Source: Mobula hypostoma (lineage: Eukaryota). From it: DNA of 64,000 bases. Under the pieces are notes generated by a model that was given only the letters and a program-made list of their open reading frames with translations, was not told the origin of the DNA and did not search any database. Every line of letters starts with the position of its first letter. Position 1 is the stretch's first letter. Below are positions 1 to 13,500 of the stretch, in pieces. The stretch is taken from NCBI RefSeq assembly GCF_963921235.1, contig NC_086106.1, positions 20,150,001 to 20,214,000 of the forward strand, given 5' to 3'. The position numbers were made by a program, and so were the translations under genes.

Positions 1-226
1 GTTCCAGAGGTCGGGATTGACCGAGGTCACTGGAGCTGCAAGGCAGCATCTCCACCCACTGCACCAATGTGCTACCCCTTTCCTTCTGTTCTAATTTTCC
101 AGCAAAGGCAGGCTTGTCCCAGGAGGAGAAATTACAAGAGGGATGGAAGAGGTGTACATGCTGGAACCTGAGGCAAGAAACAAATTGCTTGGGAAGCTCC
201 ATTTCTCTCTACAGCCACCTCCTGAC

Positions 227-354
227 CTGTTCAGTGTTTTCAGCCTCTTCTGGTTTTGTTTCAGCTCTATGACATCTGCAGTAACTCTTCTTTCCCTGTA
301 CTCTCCTGACATTGAAAGTAATGAGGAAGTCTCACTGGAATGTACAACATTTCC
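227..354 (-). CDS. Candidate internal exon of an unidentified gene
   Basis: TTCCTGTATCTGTCCCAG acceptor, GTCAGG donor, 128 nt. Open frame GNVVHSSETSSLLSMSGEYRERRVTADVIELKQNQKRLKTLNR. A decayed paralog at 16045-16148 shows synonymous-type changes in the same frame. Confidence 0.45.
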
Positions 355-579
355 CTGGGACAGATACAGGAAGGATGAATTCAGCTCTGGCTGAGGAGAC
401 CCAGCCCCACGAAGGGGCTCAGCCATGGCATGCAGGAGAAGGACAGGAACTGAGGGAAGTTCTGGATATTCTGGAGAATGAAGGGATAATAACAGAAAGA
501 GGAAAAGGCCATTCACAGAGATCCTGCCTCATCTCCTACCTCAGGCTCATAGTGTTGTGTATTTAATTTTTCAGTAGTA

Positions 580-2050
580 ATAGAACATAGAACATCAAAG
601 AATACAGATCAGGAACAGACCATTTGCCCCACAATGTTGTGCTGAACCAACTAGAAAACAAATCAAAAACGCCCAAACATTAATTGTACCTACACCATGT
701 CCACATCCCACCATCTTCCTTGCATCCATGTCTATCCAAACATCTCTTAAAAACTTCTAATCTATTTGCCTTTGCCACCATACAAGGCAGCACATTCTAG
801 GCATCCACCTCTCTCTGAGTAAAATATCTACTCCTCACATCCTCCTTGAACCTACCCCCTCTCACCTTCAATTCATGCCTTCTGGTGTTGGACATTTCCA
901 CTCTGGGAAAGAGATACTCTCTGTCCACTCTATCAATGGCTCCCATAGTTCTGTAAAACGCTAGCAGATCTCCCCTCAGCCTTTGGCGCTCCAGAGAAAA
1001 CAACTCAAGTTTATCCAGCCCCTCATGATAGCATATGCCCTCTAAACCAGGTAGCAGCCTGGTAAACCTCTTCTGCACCCTCTCTAAAGCCTCAACATCC
1101 TTCCAATAGTGGAGCAAGCAGAACTGTATGCAGTACTTCAGTGTGGTCTGACCTGAGTTTTATATAAGTTGCAACATAACCTCCTGACTTTTGACCTTAA
1201 TGCCTCAACTAAAAAAAGCAAGCATTCTATGAGCCTTCTTAGCCTCCTAAACAACCTGTGTAGCCACTTTCAAGATGCTATGAACTTGCATCCCAAGATA
1301 TCTCTGCTCAGCAATGCTGTTAAGGACCTCACCCTTAACAGCGTACTGTCTCCTTGTATTTGCTTTCCCGAGGTGTAACACCTCACATTTATCTGGGTTA
1401 AACTCCATCCGCCATTTCTCAACCATTTCCGTAACTGATCTATATTGTGCTGTACTCTTTGCCAGTCTTCGACACGACTCACAACTCCACCAATCCTGGT
1501 ATCATTCACACATTTACTAACCCATTCATCTACATTTTCATTCAGGCCATTTATATACATCACAAACATGGAACTTCACTAATTGCAGACCTCCAGCTTG
1601 AACAATTCCCTTCAACCATTACCCTCTGTCTTCCATGCACAAGGCAGTTCTGAATCCAAGAAGCTAACTTGCGGTGGTTGCCATGCCTCTTAATCTTCTG
1701 GATTAGTCTCCCAAACGGGACTTCAAAAGCCTTACTAAAATCCATGTAGTCAACATTCACTGCCCTACCTTCAACAAACTCTCTCATCATATTGTCAAAA
1801 CACAGTTAAGTTGGTAAGGCATGACCTGCCACACACAAAGCCATACTGGCTCTCCCTGATTAGACCATGGGCTCCCCTTCCAAATGCTCAGATATTCTAT
1901 CCCTAAAAATTTTCTCCAGCAATTTCCCAACAACTTATGTAAGACTTACCGGCCATTAGTTCCCAGAATTTTTTGTTGTTCCCTTTTTAAATAGAAATAC
2001 AACATTAGCCACTCACCAGTTTTCTGGGACCTCACCTCTGGTGAGAGAGG
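580..2050 (-). mobile_element. CR1-type LINE, 3' part (RT C-terminus and tail)
   Basis: ORFs with KDVEALERVQKRFTR..LFSLERQRLRGDL and VDYMDFSKAF; (AGAAC) tail. Continues at 3285-4630. Confidence 0.85.
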
Positions 2051-2074
2051 ACTGGTGAGTGGCTAATGTTGTAC

Positions 2075-3141
2075 CATCTCAATGGCTCTTCACATGGCCT
2101 TAGACCACCTGGACAAGACAAACACCACAGATGCTGTTCATTGAATATAGCTCAGCATTTAGCACCATCATTCCCACAATCCTGATTGAGAAGTTACAGA
2201 ACCTGGGCCTCTGTACCTCCCTCTGCAACTGGATCCTCAACTTCCTACCCAGAAGACCACAATCTGTGCAGATTGACGATTATATCTCTTCGCTGAGGAT
2301 CAACACTGCTGCACCCCGGGGATGTGTGCTTAGCCCACTGCTCTACTTTCTCTATACCCATGACTATGTAGCTAGGCAGAGCTCAAATACTATCTATAAA
2401 TTTGCAGATGATACAACCATTGTTGGTAGAATCTCAGATGGAGACGGAAGGGCATGCAAGGGCGAGATATGCCAACGAGTGGAGTGGTGTCACAGCAACA
2501 ACCTCACACTCAATGTCAGTAAGACGAAAGAGCTGATTGTGGACTTCAGAGAGGGTAAGACGAAGAAACACATGCCAATCCTCATAGAGGAGTCAGAAGT
2601 GGAGAGAGTGAGCAGTTTCAAGTTCCTGGGTAACAAGATCTCTGAGGACTTAACCTGGTCCCAACATATCGATGCAGCTACAAAGAAGGCAAGAAATCTG
2701 GTATGTCAACAAAAACACTTGAAAACATCTATAGATGTATCATGGAGAGCATTCTGACAGGCTGCATCACTGTCTGGTATGGGGGGTGGTACACAGGACC
2801 AAGAGAAGCTGCAAAGGGTTGTAAATTTAGTCGACTCCATGTTGGGTACCAGCCTACAAAGTACCCAGGACGTCTTCAAGGAGCAGTGTCTCAGAAAGAC
2901 AGTGTCCATTATTAAGGACCTCAAGCACCCAGGGTATGCCCTTTTCTCACTGTTACCATCAGGTAAGAGGTACGGAAGCCTGAAGGCACACACTCAGTGA
3001 TTCAAGAGCAGCTGCTTCTCCTCTGCCATTTGATTCCTAAATGGACATTGATCCCATTAACACTACCTCACTTTTTAAATACATATTATTTCTGTTTTTG
3101 CATGATTTTTAATCTATTCATTATATGTTTACTGTAATTTA

Positions 3142-3181
<40 letters not shown>

Positions 3182-3280
3182 TCTTCTATATTTTGTATTG
3201 CATTGAACTGCTGCTGCTGCTAAGTTAACAAATTTCCTGACACACGCCAGTGATAATAAACCCGATTCTGATTCTGATTC
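2075..3280 (+). mobile_element. Rex1/Babar-like non-LTR retrotransposon fragment nested in CR1
   Basis: RT motifs [23 protein letters not shown]; (TTA)n and (ATTCTG)n tails. Confidence 0.8.
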
Positions 3281-3284
3281 TGAA

Positions 3285-4630
3285 GATAGCGGTCAAAGGC
3301 CCACCAATCTCGTCTCTTGCCTCCTTCCTTAACCTGGAGTAAAACCCATCAGTCCATGGGGACTTAACCACTTTAATACTCATTAGGAGACCCAACATTT
3401 CCTCTTCCTTGACCTTTAAACACCCCAATGTATTTATACACTCAGCACTGATCTCCTGGTCCTCCATGTCCTTTTCCTTGGTAAATACTGACACAAAGTA
3501 CTCATTAAATACTTCACTAGCATTCTCTGCATCCAAGCAAATGTCCTCCCCCACCCCCCCTTATCCTTCAGAGCTGCCACCCTCTCCCGAGTTATCCTCT
3601 TACTCTTGATGGGTCTGTAGAATGCCTTGGGTTTCACATTAATCCTACTTGCCAAGGACTTTTCATGGGCCCTCCTGGCTTTCCTCATTCCATTTAGTTC
3701 CTTTCTGGTTTCTTTACACTCCTCATGTGCTTCGTTTGATCTGAACATCTGAAGCTTTACATAATTTTCATTTTTCTTCTTGACTATATTCATCACCTCT
3801 CTGGATATCCAAGGTTATCTTGTCTTTCCATCCCTGTCCTTCCTTCTAACAGGAACATACCTTTCCTGTTCTCTGTGTAATAGATCTTTAAACACCCTCC
3901 ACATGTCTGATGTGGACTTTCCAGAGAAAAGGTGTTCCCAAATGAACACTTCTTAGTTCCTGCCTAATGCCCTTGTATTTTGCCCTACTCCAATTTAAAA
4001 CTGTCCCACAAGGACAATACCTATCCATGTCTAGAGTTATCCTGAAAGTTGAGGAGTTGGGTTCACTGTACCCCAACTGTTCACCCACTGAAAGGTCTGT
4101 CACCTGGCCAGGCTCATTACCCAACACCAAATCCAGTATGACTCCTCCTGTCATTGGACTGTCCACATATTGATTTAAGAAACCTTCCTGGATACGCTTA
4201 ACAAATTCAGGGCCATCTAAATTCCTTACACTAAGAAGCTCCCAGCTTATATTAGTGAAGTTGAAATCCCCCATAACACCAACCCTATTATTTTCACACT
4301 TTCCTTAATCTGATTACATATCTGTTCTTCAATGTCCAGGCCTCTATTCGGGGGTGGGGGTGGGGGCAGTCTGTAGTACAATCCAGTCAGTGTGATTGCA
4401 CCTTTCCCATTCCAGAGTTCCACCCAAAAGGATCAGTTTCTGACCTCTCCATTATGTCTCCTCTGACTGCAGCTGTGATATTGTCCCTGATCAGCAGTGC
4501 AACTGCACCTTCTCTTTTACTTCCTTCTCTTTCCAAAACTTTGAAAATCTGGTACATTAATCACTCATTCCTGCCCCTTTCTCAACCTAGTTTTGTAGTT
4601 CCATGTACTGATCCATACTTGAACTTCATC
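3285..4630 (-). mobile_element. CR1-type LINE, endonuclease/RT 5' part
   Basis: MGDFNF..FLNQYVDSP..ILDLVLGNEPGQV; NEYFVSVFTKE..IKVVKSP. Confidence 0.85.
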
Positions 4631-4639
4631 ACCCTTACC

Positions 4640-7100
4640 CATAATACTTAAAGCTGAGCTGGCTCGATGGATGTCTGCTACAGTTCAGGCTGAACATGAC
4701 ACATCTGTCAGAAAGCAAAGCAAAGCAATGCTGCTGACAAGGGTCTTCTCACTGGAGGGACAACTGGTATTTTCTGTTACAACTGTGGAGAAGATGAAGG
4801 TTTCAAGCAAGATTCTGAGGAACAGGAAAATATTTGAAATCTAAGTCAACAGTTAATGAAACAGAGAAGAAAATGAGCAAAACTATGGAGGGACCCAGTA
4901 TAGGACTAGTCTGGCATCTCAGACAGAACACGTTCCAATCAGTGTATCAAGCGAAATACTAAAAAGTGCAGAACAATGTTCCCAAGGTCTGATGAATCCA
5001 TACAGATTGAAGATATTTATGCACAAGCCATACTTCACACAGGTTCTCACATTACTTTGCTCTATAGATCCTTTTACAACCAATATTTATCATTGACACC
5101 ACTCAGTGCCCCTAAAATCTGGGTGCTTAATGTGATGGTTACTTGTCACTGAAACTGGAATTTTCAGCACCAGATGTTGGAGTAACTGAGACCACAAACT
5201 TAGTCTACCCGGACCTGCTTGAAAGAGGTGAAGCTTCAATTCTTGTGGAAACAAATACTCCCATTGTGAGAAGACTCATGGGAGCATGCAAAATGAGAGA
5301 ATTTTTTGAAAACCCTGTTCATTCACACAGCGTTCAGAGCTGCTTTTCAGAAGGTACACGTTCCTCCTGAGCAGGAAGATGGGCACAAACGAGGAGCTGT
5401 GTGGTATACCCAGTCTAAATCTGTCATGTTATGTCCTGGGGAAGTAGCTAGAGTGACAGGATGCCTCAAATTCCCCAGAAGGCCCAATACCGAGGCCCTC
5501 CTGGTGGCTGCTGTGGAGGATCATGAAGAAGAGTCATGTTTACCTGCTGGAGTGCCGGTGAGACATGAACTACTGAAGTCTTTGGCTGTCCATGCAAACA
5601 GCATAACCGTGATTGTCAGGAACTCCTCAGAAAGAGATCTAACCCTCAGATGTGGGATGCAGATGGTACATCTTTTTCCCGCGACGGTAATGTCTAGTTT
5701 TGCGGTGAGAAAACCGGGAGAGAGACAGTCTCCTGGGTCAGGAATGTTAACAGCAATGCCATTCAACGTTAGTGTCTCCCCAGTACCTGAGGAATAGAAA
5801 AGGAGATTAACTGAGAAGATGTTGAAGTTCAAAGATGTTATTTCTACCGATGAGTTTGATGTTGGCTGCTACAAAAGTACTCGCCACGGTATGGAGAACA
5901 CCCCTTTCCGAGAAAGAGCTCATCGGTTAGCACCAGTGGAGGGTAAATATGTTTTGCAGCGCCTGCTTAAACTGGGCTCCAATATAATTGTGGATGAAGA
6001 TGAATTCAGTCAGGTGGCAGGGGATGTGAAGGTACAAGTGATAGACAGGGGGATGCGCATCCATATAAACAGGAACAGGAGCAAGGAGTGCCTGAGACTG
6101 AGGAAGCTGAAGATGAGATAAGAAGGTCTCAGAGAGTCAAGAAACCCCCAGATAGGCTGGCATATGATGCACTGGGGAAAAAGAGTGTTGTGTCCATCCC
6201 AATAGTGAGATATGTTGTTTCGATTTACAAATGGATTTGTGGTCCTGAAATTATGAAATTCATTTAAATGCTGTGTTATGAATAATGGTTTAATAAGTTC
6301 CAAAATCATGAGGACATGTAAAGCCCTGGTTAAGATTTCTACTGCTATGCTATTAGGTATTTTATTTTTAGCAATTTTCTGTGAAAACAGTGTGCCCTGC
6401 TGGTAAGAGTGTTTTGGCTTCAGCTAAAGACAAAGAGCCTTGTTGTCCAGTGTAGGGTTGCTGTGTCAGCTTATCAAGATTGTGGGATGTAGAGAGGATT
6501 CTAGAGAGCCGGGCGGGAAGAGATTTCTGAAGGGCAGTAGTCTTGAATTGGGGTCCCTTTGGGCAGGAGTTGTCGAACAGGACAGAAGGGAAGATGCTGC
6601 AGAATGCTGATGGAAGGAGAGTCACCATTGTGTAGATGAATGGCTCCATGGACGAAGGACCAATAATCCTGAGAGAGCCAGTTCATTCAAAATAGTCTTT
6701 GAGAGAAATGCAGACTGTGGCGGGTGCTTTCACGCAGACCGTAGATCCAGCGTGCCAGTAAACCACTCCAGAAACGAGCTCCAACGTTTATGTGCACATT
6801 GGACTAGTTTGAACTGTAATGGCTCCTTTCATTTTTCTTTTTTCTGTGACTGTGAACTTGGTAAGTATGCTTTCTTTATAATTTTATGGGGTGTATGATC
6901 TGTCATTTCTGGGCTATCAATAACTGTGTATGGGCAGTATGTACACAGCTTTTGCTCAAATCGCGGTTCCTTTAATCGGAATATACCAACGTTCCTGTGT
7001 GCTTGAACCCCAAATCATAGCAATGCTAGATGTAAATTGCTTATAAAATGTGACCTTCTCACTACTGAGTCACGTGGCTGTTAGGGTTGAAAGGGTTACA
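4640..7100 (+). mobile_element. Degraded Gypsy-like LTR retrotransposon with a probable 3' LTR (~6317-7100)
   Basis: CYNCG knuckle-like sequence near 4775; protease-like LHTGSHITLL near 5035; FKDVISTDEFDVG pre-RT motif; terminal segment bounded by TGT...ACA. RT core not seen. Confidence 0.6.
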
Positions 7101-7139
7101 AAACCTTTACTAATCAAGAACTTATCAACTGCCAGCTGA

Positions 7140-9440
7140 TCTTAGATCCTTCCACTACTGGAAACAATCTTCTCCACTTTCAGGGCTTTCAATACTTGAT
7201 AGATTTCAATGAGACCCCCTCACGCATCTAAAATCCAGTAAGTACAAAGTTCAAAGTAAAGTTATTATCAAAGTCCACATATAGGACCATTAGGCCATAA
7301 GATACATGTTAGCAGAATTTGGCCATTTGGTCCATCGGTCTGCTCCACCATTTCGTCATAGCCGATCCATTTTTCCTCTCAGCCACAATCTCCTGACTTC
7401 CCCCCCGTATTGCTTCATGCCCTGACCAATGAAGAATCTATCAATCTCTGCCTTAAATATACATAATGACTTGGCTCTCCAGCTGTCTGCAGTAATGAAT
7501 TCCACAGATTTACCACTCTCTAGCAAAAAAAAATTCCTCCTCATCACTTTTCTAAAAGGACGCCCCTCTATTTTGAGGCCATGTCCTCTGGACTCTCCAA
7601 TATAGGAAACATCCTCTCCACATCCACTCTATCAAGGCCTTTCACCATTTACTATGTTTCAATTAGGTCAAACCTCATTCTTCTAAATTCCAGTAAATAC
7701 AGATCCAGAACCATCAAATGCTCTTCATATGACAAGCTGTTTAATCTGGTAATCATTTTCGTGAACCTCCTTTGAACTCTCTCCAGTTTCTGCACATCTT
7801 TTCTAAGATAAGGGGCTTAAAACTGCACACAATTCTCCAATTGAGGCCTGACGAGTGCTTTATAGTCTCAACGTTACATCCTTGCTTTTATATTCATAAA
7901 TCATAAGGAGGGAGGAGAAGATGGCGGCACGATGCAGTGCGCGCAGCCGTTCCGAATGATATCAACACATGTTAACTAGGGAGCCGTGCACAATCCTGAT
8001 TTGATGGAGACAGCCGTGAGAAGCACGGAGGAACACCTGGCGAAACTTCTGAAATGCCCGCTTCGCTGCTGCTGCTACTGTGCGATCGAGAATCTCCGGA
8101 GGGGAAGGCCCCAAATCCTTGGCTTTGCCTGTTGCCTGTTGCTGGGGCCGGAGTCGAAGCGCTCGGCAGAGATGGTGCTCGGTGTTGGAGAGCTGGTCGG
8201 AGGCTCGGAGTTTTCGGACAGACTCGGAATCGGACTGTTGCTTCCAGGATGCTGCATCGGCAAGTTTGCGGCGCTGGAGATTCACAGTCTGCGTGAGATG
8301 ATGGGACTTTCGAGAGACTTTGAGACTTTTACTGTGCCCATGGTCTGTTCTTATCAAATTATGGTATTGCTTTGCACTGTTGTAACTATATGTTATAATT
8401 ATGTGGTTTTTGTCACTTTTTAAGTCTGTTTGTCATGTGTTTCTGTGATATCATTCTGGAAAAATGTATCATTTCTTAATGTGTGCATTACTAAATGACA
8501 ATAAACGAGGAATGCGTGTCCACGTAATCTAATCTAATATTCTAGTCCTCTTGAAATGAAAGATAACATCATATTTGTCTTTTCCACCACAGACTTAACC
8601 TACAAATCAACCTACAAATTAAATGAGTCTTCCACAAGAACTCCCAAATCTCTTTGCACCTCAGATTTTTGCACTTTCTTTCCATTTAGAAACTAGACAA
8701 CCCTTTCATTTCTTCTACCAAGATGCATGAGCATACACTCCTGACACTGTATTCATCTGCTACTTGTTTGCTCATTCTTCCTCAAAACAACCTGCTCCTC
8801 TACTAGTCTTTGTGTCATCTGCAAACTTTGCAACAAAGCCATCAATTCCTTCACCCAAATCATTGACACATAGCACAAAAAAGAATTAGTCCAACGCAGA
8901 CCCCTGTAGAACACCACTGGTCACCAGCAGCAACCAGAAAAAGCTTGCTTTATTCCCACTTTTTGCCTCCTGCCAATCAGTCACTGCTTTATACATGCTA
9001 AAATCTTTCCTGTAATACCGTGGGCTCATAGCTTGTTAAGCAGCCTCATATGTGTCACCTTGTCAAAGACCTTTGGGAAATCCAAGTACACAACATCAAC
9101 TGATTCACCTTTGTCTATCCTGCTTGTTACTTCTTCAAAGAATTCCCTTGATGAAACCATGCTGACAACAGCCTGTTTTATCATGTGCCTCCAAGAACCC
9201 CGAAAATCACATCCTTAACAATCAACTCCAACATTTACCCAACCACTGAGGTCCAACTAACTAGCCTATAATTTCCTTTCTTCTGTCTTTCTCCCTTCTT
9301 GAAGAGTGGAGTGATATTTGCAATTTTCCAGTCTTCCAGAACCATTCTGGAATCCAGTGATTTTTCAAAGATTATTGATAATGCCTCCACAATCTCTTCA
9401 GCTACCTCTTTCAGAACCCTGGAGTGTACACCATCTGTTT
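7140..9440 (-). mobile_element. CR1-type LINE fragment
   Basis: VLEDWKIANITPLFKKGERQKKGNYRLVS and CR1 tail motifs. Confidence 0.8.
7896..8536 (+). mobile_element. Non-autonomous retroposon with (AATCT)n tail inserted in CR1
   Basis: 6-bp TSD ATATTC (7890-7895 / 8537-8542). The uninterrupted CR1 sequence is seen at ~52775-52800. Confidence 0.75.
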
Positions 9441-9449
9441 CAGATGTAT

Positions 9450-10570
9450 CACCTATCTTCAGACCTTTCAGTAATTCTATGGGGGTGTATTCTGTCAGTA
9501 TTGTAGGTGGATTAGGCCCCATCACCCAGAAAACAGCTGACAAATAATTTTTTCATACAGTATACTGTCCTGCTGATGCAAGCATGCGTGATCCATACAC
9601 TACTGGTCTTAACTTCCCATGCATTTCCTGTAATAGCACTGTTGAGAAGGTTGGATTAGTTGTGGTCACTTCCAATGAAAATGTCTCATTGGGATTTTGG
9701 GTTTTTAGAACAGGCGCAGTGGCCAATGCTTGCTTCGGGGCTGTAATGGCCTGGATGTGCTCTGATTTCAACTATCATGCCATATTCTTTTTTGATAACT
9801 CAATTAAAGGGGTTGTCTTGGTGGGAAATCCATCAATGTAATCCCTATAGTCTCCCACTGGCCCCAGAAATGACCTCAGCCTTTTTAGGTCTTGGGGAAT
9901 AGAAGGGAGATGTTGGCCAGAAAGAACTAGAGTCTACAAATCGGTGAATTTGAATGAATCAAGGCCAATTGAAGCAGACAAACCAATTGTCTGCATTCTT
10001 GACATGTTCCTGAAGGAGATAGAAGCGGCCATTGTGTGACACTATCCTTGCATCCCCCGATTTGTGAACTCTGAACTGATTCTTGCTCTGGGATTATCCA
10101 ATCAGAACAGTTCAATATGGATACAAGGAGTTTCTGTTCATGATCTGCTAAACCTGAGACCATTCTCAGAGAAGTAGCTACCTACTGGCAGGCTTGCGGG
10201 AGAAACAATCTGTAATCTCATTAGGGTCACCTTGTTTTACTCGTTTGAACCAGTCAGAGTTGAAAAGAACAAAGGCACGAGGCTGGGGGCAGGGATCGTA
10301 AAACAATGCTAGTTGTAGCACTGGACCAGAGCCAATACGAAAGTGATCCAGGATGGTCAGGTGACCTTGGTCAATGGAATGGAGAACATAATTTGAATTG
10401 ATGAGGAACAATGTAAGAGTCAGGAACTTCAAATATGAGGGTATGACAACTCTTCAGAGACCAACCATCGTGGATGTGGAGGGCCCCATGGACATAAGGA
10501 GATTGGAGTGAAAAGATGAGGATCATCTGATCAGCGCAACTCCTTTCCTGGATAATACCTTTTCTTTTCA
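9450..10570 (-). mobile_element. LTR-retroelement pol fragment (RT connection/RNase H)
   Basis: KQALATAPVLKTQNPNETFSLEV..VLLQEMHGKLRPVVYGSRML. Confidence 0.65.
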
Positions 10571-10579
10571 TTTACTGTT

Positions 10580-13500
10580 CATGGTCAGAGAATCCAAGTG
10601 GGTGTGCATCTAAGTGCTTTTTAGTTGAGACAGTAAAGGTTTTTGCAATAGAACTTTTGATTAATCTGTTAGAAAGTAAATACAGCTCCAGCTCCCTAAG
10701 GGTGTTATGGTGTGGGGATTTTAATGTGCATAGTTCACCGTGGGGTTGTTTGCAGAATGATACTAATGGTTTGATTGTAGAAGAGCTTTTAGATATTTCC
10801 TATCTTGTGTGACTTAATGATGGGAGGGCTTCAAGATTTAATGATCATAATAGTTTTGAGACTGCGATAGATTTAACTTTATTTTCAAATATTCTGGCTG
10901 GAGTGAATGAGTGGCATGTCATGGGAGATGAAACATTGAGGAGTGATCATTTTCCTATATTTATAAGCTTGGGTGTGGATTTATATAGGGGACAGGAGGC
11001 CTTTTTAAGAGGTGGAATTTTGGTAAAACAAATTTTGAGAAGTTTAAAGTTTAATGTGGTGGATATCTGTCAGGGCTGAATGTTGAGGATGATGTGAATT
11101 TATGCAATGAAAGGTTATGTCACATTGTTCTTCAAACTGCGGTGCAAGTGATGGTGAGCTGAGGAGTGTGCAGAGGCAATTGGGGAGAGAAAAAAAGTGT
11201 TTAGGAAAGTTAAGAAGTATCACTGTCCGAGTGACCTTATAAAGTATAAAAGGGCACAGGCCGTGGTGAGGAAAGTGGTAAATATTGCGATAAAGGTTTA
11301 CTGCGGTGATATTGTGATAGTATTGAAAGGGATACCCAACGGAGATGTTTGGGGAATGATTAAGAAAATGGGGAGGGGTGGTAGGATTTGTAGGGATAAT
11401 AACATTCCAGTATTGATTGTTACTGAAATAGAGAAGGTTCAGTTACTGGCTCGGTCATTTCCTGCAATTCATAATCAAGATAATTTAAGTGAAGAAGTTA
11501 AACAATCTAGGGATAAGGTTTTAACTGAATATCCTGATGTATTGGAAGCCAGTTGTAGCAGTTGTATCAGTGATGTAGAATTTTATTTATGTGCTATTAA
11601 TTATGCAGGTCAGACCTTTCCAGGAAAGGATGATATTGTCATGGTCTGGTCTGTGATGTCCACATTCCAGTTCACGATCCGGTCCGTAGACTCAGGACTC
11701 CGGGTCTTCCAGCTGTCCCTTGTCTGGTTGAGTTATTCATAGCCACCTGATTCCCATCTTGAGGCTTGGAATATAAGTAGCCTTGGGGTTGAGTGTGGGC
11801 TGCTGGTTTGTCTTGTTAGTCCCCCTTGGTGCAACCTGCTGATGAAAGGCTAGTGAAACGATTTGTGATCTATAGGCCTGCTTGGAGACCATTGCTTCAT
11901 GGAGCCTTGTTGCCACTCGTTGGAGTAGTGTTTGCGGTATGGATTCAGCTGTTTCCCATTCCAGTTGAGGGGCCATCAGTCACTCCGAGCTAGGTAGGGA
12001 TCTGGCTGTTTCCGTAGCCAGCAGAGGTTGCTGGCTGTAACTGCAACTTGGAGAAACCCTGAAGCAGAGATAGAGCTGTCTGTCATTCTTTGGTGTTTGT
12101 CTCTTCTTGTCCTCACCTCCGTGGGGTAAGTCAGGCCGTTTTGCTGTTGCCCTGCGGGAGGATCTGTCTTGTCTTGTCCTCGCCTCCATTAGGTAAGTCA
12201 GGCCGTTTTCCCGTTCCCTGCAGAGGACATATCTTGTCTTGTCTTTGCCTCTGTTGGGTATGTCTGGCCAATCTGCTGTTACCCAACAGGAGGACCTGTC
12301 CCACTTTGGTGTGGAGAGGTTGAGTCCCGGCTTGTCTAAGTATAAGTCCCGGCTCTATGTCTATGTACTGTCCTGTCTCATGTTGGTGTCGTATTAAGGA
12401 TGAGTCCCGCCTTTTCAAAGGACAAGTCCCGGCTCTGTGTTGATGTTCAGTTCCCAGTCGGGCTATCAGCTACAGCCTCCGAGTTATCAGCCTCTGCATG
12501 TCAAGGCAAAGATCCCGCAGCCAGGCTCCAAGACCCCAAGCCTCGAAGATCCCACAGCCAGGCTCCATGACCCCAAGCCTCGAAGGTCCCGCAGCCAAGC
12601 TCCAAAAACCAAAGCCTCGAATGTCCCGCAGCCAAGGTCCAAGAAACCGAGCCTCGAAGATCCCGCAGCCAAGCTCCAAGAACCCACGCGTCGAAGGTCC
12701 TGTAACCAAGCTCCAAGACCGCAAGCTTTGAGAATTCTTCAGCCAAGGTCCAAGAACCCAGGCCTCGAAGATCCCGTAGCCAAGCTGCAGTAACCCAGTC
12801 CTCAAAGATCCCACAGCCAAGCTCCAAGAACACTAGCCTCGAGGATCTCAAGTCAAGCTCCAAGAACACAAACCAGAAGTCCCCAGTCTCCAAGCTCACG
12901 ACCCAAGACCCCAGCCTGCAGCCAAGCTCAAGGCTCGAGACCCAAGACCCCAGCCTCAAGCCTCAAGAGCGAAGATCTCAGCTGTTGCCAAGCTCAGTCC
13001 TCTAGACCCCAGCCACGCCCTGTCCTGAAGCAATGTCATGTCCTTGCCTGCTTCTGGGGTCCAAACCCGAGCCAAGACCCAGGTTCTGGGTCCTTGTCCA
13101 GTCTCGGGAAAGGAGTCAAAGCCTAGTCTCCTAGTCCATGGTTTCTAGTCCTAGTCCCGCTTTTCCTAGCGCAAGTCTGTGTTCTTCTCCCTGCTCCTGG
13201 TCTGAATCCTGTCACGACCCTACTCTGGTCAAGTCCTGTTCCTTGTACTTCAGCATTTGTGTCTTGCATTTGGGTCCGTTTCCAACACCTCCATTGTGAC
13301 AGAAGAAACCAGCCAACCATGGACCCAGCGACACAGGCACTGGAGATGAACTCTTGCCATCCAGGATTCCCTAGTGCCAAAATCCGGCTGTTTCCATAGC
13401 CAGTGGAGGTTGCTGGCTGTAACTGCGACTCGGAGCAACCCTGAAGCAGAGATCGAACTGTCTGTCGTCCTGTGGTGTTTGTCTCTTCTTGTCCTCGCTT

